From the NCBI GenBank assembly GCA_030691865.1, contig JAUYDL010000017.1:8312-32311 (forward strand): a DNA stretch of 24,000 nucleotides. Reading direction: 5' to 3'. The notes below the pieces were generated by a model. That model was not told the origin of the DNA and did not search any database. It saw nothing but the letters and a program-made list of their open reading frames with translations. The position numbers and the translations under genes are program-made. Shown here in pieces: positions 18,711-24,000 of this stretch. The number at the start of each line of letters is the position of its first letter. Within the stretch, counting starts at the first letter, position 1. This DNA is from Candidatus Omnitrophota bacterium (GTDB lineage Bacteria; Omnitrophota; Gorgyraeia; Gygaellales; Profunditerraquicolaceae).

Positions 18711-18795
18711 CGGGGCGTGGCTCAGCTTGGCTAGAGCGTCCGCCATTAAGGCGTTGGCGGACGCCCGCCAAAGTATTAGTGGCGGGCGCTTGCTT
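18711..18795 (+). pseudogene. Partial 5' half of tRNA-Pro, interrupted by a 48-nt double-hairpin insertion
   Basis: CGGGGCGTGGCTCAGCTTGGCTAGAGC (18711-18737) matches intact tRNA-Pro 19048-19074 with 2 differences; GCGCTTGCTT resumes at 18786-18795 and ends in the anticodon loop. Confidence 0.8.
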
Positions 18796-18801
18796 AGAAT
18801 T

Positions 18802-19044
18802 ATGTTTGTTTACGTATTAAGAAGCGAAAAAGATAAAAGTTTTTATATAGGTTCGACCAAGAACATAGAGCAGAGGCTTAATGACCATAATAGAGGTGAA
18901 AGCTTATCTACAAAGTCGAAAAGACCGTGGGTATTAGCTAGAGTTGAAGAATATGATAGTGGTTCTTTGGCGTTAAAACGTGAGAAGTTTCTGAAAAGTG
19001 CTAAAGGTAGGAGGATTTTAAGGAACCTGACCTCTTTTAAATAA
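18802..19044 (+). CDS. GIY-YIG domain nuclease (UPF0213-like, short)
   Basis: MFVYVLRSEKDKSFYIGSTKNIEQRLNDHNRGESLSTKSKRPWVLARVEEYDSGSLALKREKFLKSAKGRRIL; the ORF-track start at 18727 lies in the tRNA fragment and is unlikely. Confidence 0.88.
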   Translation: MFVYVLRSEKDKSFYIGSTKNIEQRLNDHNRGESLSTKSKRPWVLARVEEYDSGSLALKREKFLKSAKGRRILRNLTSFK

Positions 19045-19047
19045 TTG

Positions 19048-19122
19048 CGGGGAGTGGCTCAGTTTGGCTAGAGCGCTTGCTTTGGGAGCAAGAGGTCGTG
19101 AGTTCAAATCTCACCTCCCCGA
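19048..19122 (+). tRNA. tRNA-Pro (TGG)
   Basis: CGGGGAG TG GCTC AGTTTGGCTA GAGC G CTTGC TTTGGGA GCAAG AGGTC GTGAG TTCAAAT CTCAC CTCCCCG A. Confidence 0.95.
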
Positions 19123-19138
19123 CATTGAAAACTTATAT

Positions 19139-19290
19139 GCGCCTATAGCTCAAATTTAACGAGGCCACAACTTATGGAGCGATAGCGAACATAAGTTGTT
19201 GGCCGAGTTAATCCCGTCATCTGCAAGCGGTGCTTTGGCGTATCGCGCCAAAGTACCGCGAAGCGACTAGATGACGGGAGGATAGTTTAA
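19139..19290 (+). pseudogene. Degenerate tRNA-Arg 5' fragment joined to a group I intron 5'-region homolog
   Basis: GCGCCTATAGCTCAAAT|TTAACGAGGCCACAACTTATG..CATAAGTTGTTGGCCGAGTTAATCCCG aligns with the intact tRNA-Arg 5' end and intron P2 region at 19317-19410, lacking about 20 nt at the exon/intron junction. Confidence 0.75.
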
Positions 19291-19316
19291 GATAAGAGAT
19301 AACTTGACAATTTAAT

Positions 19317-19699
19317 GCGCCTGTAGCTCAAATGGATAGAGCACCTGCCTTTCAATGAGGCCACAACTTAGCGAGCGTAAGCGAGCTAAGTTGTCCGGCC
19401 GAATTGATCCCGAGCCTGCGCAGAAAATTTCGCAAGAAATTTTCAAGCGTTTAGGCAAGGGGCCAACATTGGGAGCCTTCATGGGGAAATTAACCTATGA
19501 AGTGCATGCTGCTAAATCGGTGGACGCCCTAAAGGGCAATACCGAGCTATCTGTAGAGTTTACAGAGAGTGTAGAGACTTTACACAGCAGGGCTGAAATG
19601 CCTAAGATAAAGTCCAGACCGCAACAAGTGTTTTTGGCCGGAGTAATCCGGTGCGGTAAGCTAAGCCGGTTGTTGGCCGTTCGATTCGGCCCAGGCGCA
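19317..19699 (+). tRNA. tRNA-Arg (TCT), intron-containing; exons 19317..19351 and 19661..19699
   Basis: Spliced: GCGCCTG TA GCTC AAATGGATA GAGC A CCTGC CTTCTAA GCCGG TTGTT GGCCG TTCGATT CGGCC CAGGCGC A; one mismatch in the anticodon stem (29:41). Confidence 0.85.
19352..19660 (+). ncRNA. Group I self-splicing intron in the tRNA-Arg(TCT) anticodon loop (after U34)
   Basis: P1 GCCTT/GAGGC with U.G at the 5' splice site; P2 ACAACTTAGC/GCTAAGTTGT; P3 TGCTG/CAGCA; P4 CGGT/ACCG; P5 GCCC-TAAA-GGGC; P6a CTGTA/TACAG; P7 GACTTTA/TAAAGTC; P8 GGC/GCC; P9 ACCGC/GCGGT; terminal G. Confidence 0.9.
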
Positions 19700-19735
19700 T
19701 TAAATTTATGAAAAAACTAGGCAAAATTTAATTTT

Positions 19736-20950
19736 ATGAAGGACTGGAAAAAATTATTTACTATAATTGCAACCGTAGTTATTATTTTTAGCCTGGTTTA
19801 CGTATTTCTTTTACTGGCAGTTAAAACTATAATTGCCAATAAAATTGAAAAGGCAACTGGGTTAAAAACAAGCATAAGCAAGCTCAGTATTCTGCCGCCG
19901 TTTAATATTGAAGCAAGGGGGTTTGAGATTGCCGGCTTGATAAAAGCAGATCGTGTTTATTTAGCGCCAAGCATCCGCAGCCTTTTATTCGGTAAGCTTG
20001 CTTTTAATAAAATAGTGATTGGTAGCCCGGAAGTTACTTATCAGCGTAATCCTCCGGTTGAGCCGGTTAAGGATAGCCGCGCTCCGGTTGTAGAAAGTCA
20101 AAGTGAACCGGTTGCTCCCATTACTACGCAGAATAAGAGCCTTCCTGTAATTATAAAAAGTTTAAAAGTTTATTCCGGCAGATTAAATTTTATCGATACA
20201 ACGGCAGCTAGCGGGAAAATAAGCGTTATAATTAAGGATATAGATTTCTATATTACCAATCTATCTACCTTCGGCACAAAAGGCGTAAGTAATTTTGATT
20301 TAAAGGGTAATTTATCCTGGAATACCGGCGAGCCTAATGGTAAAATCTTGCTGCAAGGTTGGGTGGATTTTTACAAAAAAGATATGCTGGCTACTTTGAA
20401 AATTGAAAATATTGACGCCATTCTCTTTTATCCTTATTATTCAACCTGGGTGAATCTTGAGAAGGCACGCATCCAGAAAGCTAATCTTAATTTTAATTGT
20501 GATATCAAAGGTGTAAATAACGATGTATCTGCGGATTGTCATTTAGAGTTAGCAAACATGGTGCGTAAAGTACGCTTGCTTGAAGAGCCGCAGCAGAAAG
20601 CAGAGAAGATTACCGATGCAGTGCTGGATATGCTTAAATCCATGGATCAGGGCAAGGTGGTTTTAGATTTTGTCTTGCATACAAAAATGGACCGGCCGGA
20701 ATTTGGTTTTGCCAATATCAAATCGGCATTTGAGGGTAAGCTGATGCAGGCCAGAACCAGTGCTGGGCTAAGGCCTCAAGATATGTTATTATGGCCGGGT
20801 AGAATGCTGCAGGGCGGAATTAAAAGCGGCACAGATCTGTCTAATGCCATAATTGACGGCATATTTGATTTAAGTAACGGTATAAAGAAGTTTTTTGAAG
20901 ACAGGATGAATAGTCCGGTTCCTACTCAGGAAAATCAGTCTTCTTTCTAA
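19736..20950 (+). CDS. AsmA/DUF748-like envelope protein
   Basis: N-terminal TM, then ATGLKTSISKLSILPPFNIEARGFEIAGLIKADRVYLAPSIRSLLFGKLAFNKIVIGSPEVTYQRN, GRLNFIDTTAASGKISVIIKDID. Confidence 0.65.
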   Translation: MKDWKKLFTIIATVVIIFSLVYVFLLLAVKTIIANKIEKATGLKTSISKLSILPPFNIEARGFEIAGLIKADRVYLAPSIRSLLFGKLAFNKIVIGSPEVTYQRNPPVEPVKDSRAPVVESQSEPVAPITTQNKSLPVIIKSLKVYSGRLNFIDTTAASGKISVIIKDIDFYITNLSTFGTKGVSNFDLKGNLSWNTGEPNGKILLQGWVDFYKKDMLATLKIENIDAILFYPYYSTWVNLEKARIQKANLNFNCDIKGVNNDVSADCHLELANMVRKVRLLEEPQQKAEKITDAVLDMLKSMDQGKVVLDFVLHTKMDRPEFGFANIKSAFEGKLMQARTSAGLRPQDMLLWPGRMLQGGIKSGTDLSNAIIDGIFDLSNGIKKFFEDRMNSPVPTQENQSSF

Positions 20951-20956
20951 ATTTAT

Positions 20957-21014
20957 GGTGGCTGTAGCTCAATTGCCTACCTGTAAGACAGGGGGTAGAG
21001 CGTCAGATTGTGGA
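20957..21014 (+). pseudogene. Partial 5' half of tRNA-His with a 19-nt D-loop insertion
   Basis: GGTGGCTGTAGCTCAATT + 19-nt insertion + GGTAGAGCGTCAGATTGTGGA; parallels intact tRNA-His at 21529 and stops in or near the anticodon loop. Confidence 0.78.
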
Positions 21015-21027
21015 CTAGTTCATCGTA

Positions 21028-21056
21028 TTGACATTTTTATCGTTCTTTGATATAAT
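21028..21056 (+). promoter_or_regulatory. Perfect sigma70-type consensus promoter
   Basis: TTGACA (21028-21033), 17-nt spacer, TATAAT (21051-21056), 6 nt before the HNH ATG. Confidence 0.8.
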
Positions 21057-21062
21057 TTCACT

Positions 21063-21521
21063 ATGCCGAATCAAAAATGTAAAATTTGCGGTAGTGAATT
21101 TTATATAAAACCTTTTCACGCGAAAAAAGGTTGGGGTAAATATTGTTCTATAAAATGCCGCTCTAAAGCTCAGCGAAACGGGAAATGGGTAAAATGTGTT
21201 AATTGCGGTAAAAAGATTTATAGAACTCCACGTGATTATAGAAAATCAGGAAGCAAAAGATTCTTTTGTTCGGTAAGTTGTCATTGTTCTTGGGAAAATA
21301 AAAATGTTCGTTGTGGTGTTAATTCTCCGAATTGGATAGTAGGGGAAGCCGCTTATCGTGATTTAATGCGTAGACATAAAATACCGTTTAAATGTAATAA
21401 GTGCGGTATTTCTGATAAGCGGGTACTCATAGTCCATCATAAAAATGGAAATCGAAAGAGTAATAATATTGAAAATTTAGAACGGCTTTGTTGTAATTGC
21501 CATGCCATTGCGCATGTGTAA
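21063..21521 (+). CDS. HNH endonuclease with N-terminal Cys-rich zinc-finger-like motifs
   Basis: CKICGSEFYIK..KYCSIKC, CVNCGKKIY..FFCSVSC, CNKCGISDKRVLIVHHKNGNRKSNNIENLERLCCNCHAIAH. Confidence 0.88.
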   Translation: MPNQKCKICGSEFYIKPFHAKKGWGKYCSIKCRSKAQRNGKWVKCVNCGKKIYRTPRDYRKSGSKRFFCSVSCHCSWENKNVRCGVNSPNWIVGEAAYRDLMRRHKIPFKCNKCGISDKRVLIVHHKNGNRKSNNIENLERLCCNCHAIAHV

Positions 21522-21528
21522 TAGATAT

Positions 21529-21604
21529 GGTGGCTATAGCTCAATTGGTTAGAGCTTCTGACTGTGGCTCAGAAGGTTTGCGGGTTCGATCCCCGTTAGC
21601 CACC
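21529..21604 (+). tRNA. tRNA-His (GTG)
   Basis: G(-1) GTGGCTA TA GCTC AATTGGTTA GAGC T TCTGA CTGTGGC TCAGA AGGTT TGCGG GTTCGAT CCCCG.. TAGCCAC C. Confidence 0.93.
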
Positions 21605-21633
21605 CTAAATTATTGCAGTGCAATGAGTTACAA

Positions 21634-21671
21634 CAAATCACCAATAGGTAAACCTACTGGTGATTTGTTTT
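21634..21671 (+). terminator. Hairpin after tRNA-His
   Basis: CAAATCACCA-A-TAGGT-AA-ACCTA-C-TGGTGATTTG followed by TTTT. Confidence 0.55.
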
Positions 21672-21723
21672 GCGTGGGAGGAGGAAGGGTTTTTATTTAC
21701 CTGTATGCAGAGAGTCCTTCGGC

Positions 21724-21825
21724 CGCGCCATTAGTGAATGGGCGAAAATTGAGAAGTTAGCCTCGGCCAAAGGCAAGGCCTACAAAAGCGCTAAAAGAGC
21801 CAAAAAGCATATTGAGGCATTATGA
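21724..21825 (+). pseudogene. C-terminal remnant of a small ORF, probable antitoxin partner
   Basis: RAISEWAKIEKLASAKGKAYKSAKRAKKHIEAL*; its stop overlaps the toxin start (ATGA at 21822); no convincing start codon. Confidence 0.5.
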
Positions 21826-22101
21826 AATTTGAATTTAAATCTTCTTTTGACCGGTCGGTGAAGAGTTTTCATGGAAGAGAAAAAGAAGAGATAAAGAAAA
21901 TTGCTCTCCAAGCGATAGATGTACTCTCTTTAGGACCGAATGCTCCATAAGGGGATTGGTCTGAAGCGTCTTAATGGTGATTTCTGGGAGATAAGACACG
22001 GCCTTAAGGCAAGAATTCTATTCCGTTGGGAAGGAAATTTAGTGGAATTTATTCTTGCCGGTGACCACAATGATATAAAACGTTTCCTAAAGAATATTTA
22101 A
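21822..22101 (+). pseudogene. RelE/ParE-superfamily toxin, disrupted by stop and frameshift
   Basis: MKFEFKSSFDRSVKSFHGREKEEIKKIALQAIDVLSLGPNAP* (stop 21948-21950), resuming +1 as IGLKRLNGDFWEIRHGLKARILFRWEGNLVEFILAGDHNDIKRFLKNI*. Confidence 0.78.
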
Positions 22102-22142
22102 CTACTCCAGCAATATCTTTTTCTTGCATAACGAGAGAGTTT

Positions 22143-22179
22143 GAAGACTATTGATCGAATATGGTCAATAGTCTTTTTT
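22143..22179 (+). terminator. Rho-independent terminator
   Basis: AAGACTATTGA - loop - TCAATAGTCTT followed by TTTTT. Confidence 0.85.
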
Positions 22180-22363
22180 TGTTTACCCGTTTACAGAGAG
22201 GGCGTCCCCTTGTCGAATATTACTGCCCGGGTCTCAGGATGTTTAATATGTCTTACCCTGTAGGACGGATATAGTTTTTGTACCGTGCGTAACAAGACAG
22301 AACCGCGGTGTATATCTATAAGCCAGATATCGTGTTATAATATATAAAAAGGATGAGAAGAAA

Positions 22364-23179
22364 GTGTCGTATTTAAAAGTATGTGTGCTTAGGAGCAGTA
22401 GCAGCGGTAATTGCACCGCTATCTGGACGGCGAAATCTGGTATTTTGATTGATTGCGCGGGCATTGGCTTGAAGGAGATAGAAAAAGACTTAAGAGGTAT
22501 TCAACTAGACCCCTCCCAGATCAATGGCATTGTCATAACACATGGGCATGAAGACCATATCTGTAAAAATACTTTCAAAATAGCGAGTCGCTACGGGATA
22601 CCGATCTATATACACCATGATACATATCAAGTTATTAAGGAACGATATTCTGTAAAAAATCATCAATTTAAAATAATGCATCACACGGGGAAGCCATTTA
22701 TAATAAATGATCTAAAAATTATGCCCTTTAAAACGTTCCATAGCGGCGGCTATGTAGGTAAACCGTTCGGTTTTTGTATAGAGTATAAACATAAGGGCTC
22801 CTGCCGCAAGGTGGGTCTTTTAACAGATACGAGCAAGGTAACCGATAGCATGGTCAGGATGCTGTATGATTGCAAGTGTTTGATAATTGAATGTAATCAT
22901 GATACAAAGTTAGCGTGGAAAAAATCTCCAAATCAGTCCACTTGGAAAGAACACCTTAACAATGAGGCTGCCACTGAAGCGCTGATAGAGATCAAAAATG
23001 GATCTACCGATAGCGTAGCTCTAAAGTATGTCTTTCTGGCGCATATTAGTAAAAGACATAATAAGTCCAGGACTCTTATCAGCCGGATATCAAATGGTAT
23101 TCGTAAAGAGAATATTAGGGGTTGCGATCTAATGCTAACCTACCGAGAAAAAAGGACCCGAGTTAAAGAAATACTATGA
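22364..23179 (+). CDS. MBL-fold metallo-hydrolase, YycJ/WalJ-like (GTG start)
   Basis: SSSSGNCTAIWTAKSGILIDCAGIG, ITHGHEDHI, FHSGGYVGKPFGFCIEY, GLLTDTSKVTD, FLAHISKRHN. Confidence 0.85.
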   Translation: MSYLKVCVLRSSSSGNCTAIWTAKSGILIDCAGIGLKEIEKDLRGIQLDPSQINGIVITHGHEDHICKNTFKIASRYGIPIYIHHDTYQVIKERYSVKNHQFKIMHHTGKPFIINDLKIMPFKTFHSGGYVGKPFGFCIEYKHKGSCRKVGLLTDTSKVTDSMVRMLYDCKCLIIECNHDTKLAWKKSPNQSTWKEHLNNEAATEALIEIKNGSTDSVALKYVFLAHISKRHNKSRTLISRISNGIRKENIRGCDLMLTYREKRTRVKEIL

Positions 23180-24000
23180 AACTCTATGCCGATCAAACAA
23201 TAACCAGAGACTATCTCCCGGCACATCTTGATATAAATGATGAATTCAAGTCAGCATTTGATCTTATGGAGTATACCAAGGAATGCTTTTTTATCACCGG
23301 TAAGGCGGGTACCGGTAAATCGACCCTGCTAAAATATTTTAAGGCCAATACGGGTAAAAAGATAATCGTGTTAGCCCCGACAGGTGTCGCGGCCATCAAT
23401 GTCGGCGGCCAGACTATACATTCTTTCTTTAGATTACCTCCAAAGATTATTCAAAAGGATGCCATAAAGCATCTTAGGGGTAAGAGCCTGATTGAGAATC
23501 TCGATATGGTAATAATAGACGAGGTGTCGATGGTCCGAGCGGACCTTATGGATGGCATCGACTATGCATTACGTCTCAACCGCAATAGAATGAAGACGCC
23601 GTTTGGCGGAGTCCAAATGGTATTTTTTGGAGATCTTTTCCAGCTATCTCCTGTGGTCGAGAATGAAGCAAGGGAGTTACTGGAAGAGCGATATTCAAGT
23701 CCTTATTTTTTTAGCGCTAAAGTGTTTAACGATTGCAATATCAGGTCCATCGAGTTGTCGACTATATATAGACAAAAAGATAGTTCGTTCATGGAGCTCT
23801 TAAACAGGGTCAGGAATAAAGAGCATACTAAAGAGGACCTGGATACATTAAATAAGAGGGTCCAAAAAGATACCGCGGTTTCTAAGAAAGACGAGACGGT
23901 GATCCTGACAACGACGAACAGCCTGGCAAGCAAAATAAATCAGTATCGCTTATCAAGGCTTCCCGGCAAAGAGATAACGTATAAGGCCATGGCTTCCGGG
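23176..24000 (+). CDS. PIF1/RecD-like ATP-dependent helicase, 3' end beyond window
   Basis: Translated by eye: CFFITGKAGTGKSTLLKYFKANTGKKIIVLAPTGVAAINVGGQTIHSFFRLPP, LDMVIIDEVSMVRADLMD, GGVQMVFFGDLFQLSPVV; open for 275 codons; ATGA overlap with the MBL gene. Absent from the supplied ORF track. Confidence 0.9.
   Translation, partial: MKLYADQTITRDYLPAHLDINDEFKSAFDLMEYTKECFFITGKAGTGKSTLLKYFKANTGKKIIVLAPTGVAAINVGGQTIHSFFRLPPKIIQKDAIKHLRGKSLIENLDMVIIDEVSMVRADLMDGIDYALRLNRNRMKTPFGGVQMVFFGDLFQLSPVVENEARELLEERYSSPYFFSAKVFNDCNIRSIELSTIYRQKDSSFMELLNRVRNKEHTKEDLDTLNKRVQKDTAVSKKDETVILTTTNSLASKINQYRLSRLPGKEITYKAMASG

Noticed and set aside
18727-18801. N-terminal extension MARASAIKALADARQSISGGRLLRI of the GIY-YIG ORF
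   Set aside because: Encoded by the tRNA-Pro fragment and hairpin insert; the GIY-YIG domain starts naturally at the ATG at 18802.
19304-19309. TTGACA 8 nt before tRNA-Arg, considered as a -35 box
   Set aside because: A matching -10 would fall inside the tRNA; not a usable promoter for it, at best a relic.
19355-19711. 118-aa ORF MRPQLSERKRAKLSGRID...
   Set aside because: Lies across the group I intron and 3' tRNA exon; the codons are explained by RNA structure. No protein family recognised.
21497-21760. 87-aa ORF containing MVAIAQLVRASDCGSEGLRVRSPLATL
   Set aside because: Typical translation artefact of a tRNA gene (tRNA-His at 21529-21604).
1-24000. CRISPR array or diversity-generating retroelement
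   Set aside because: No regularly spaced direct repeats, Cas genes, reverse transcriptase or template/variable repeat pair seen.

Overview
Mostly a dense, ordinary bacterial housekeeping region. Gene content and style look like an uncultured lineage such as Ca. Omnitrophota, but that is inference only. Genes include tsaB, alr, an LptF/LptG-type permease pair, comF-like, pyrE, a HI0933/YhiN-like flavoprotein, a Maf-M48 fusion ORF, a secreted glycoside hydrolase, an AEC transporter, smpB and ssrA (tmRNA), an amidase, murI, queDCEF, split fumarase, rph, rdgB and an AsmA/DUF748-like protein. The accessory signals are: (1) a RAYT-type transposase bracketed by two near-identical 50-bp palindromes in inverted orientation, with a third related palindrome 7.5 kb away; (2) a tRNA cluster (Pro, Arg-UCU, His) where each intact tRNA is preceded by a partial 5' copy of itself and a different cargo: a GIY-YIG nuclease ORF, a structured RNA homologous to a group I intron P2 region, or an HNH nuclease ORF. 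The intact tRNA-Arg is itself interrupted by a 309-nt group I intron whose core helices can be drawn by hand; (3) a decayed RelE/ParE-like toxin-antitoxin pair downstream of tRNA-His; (4) a translationally coupled YycJ-like MBL hydrolase and PIF1-like helicase at the right edge.
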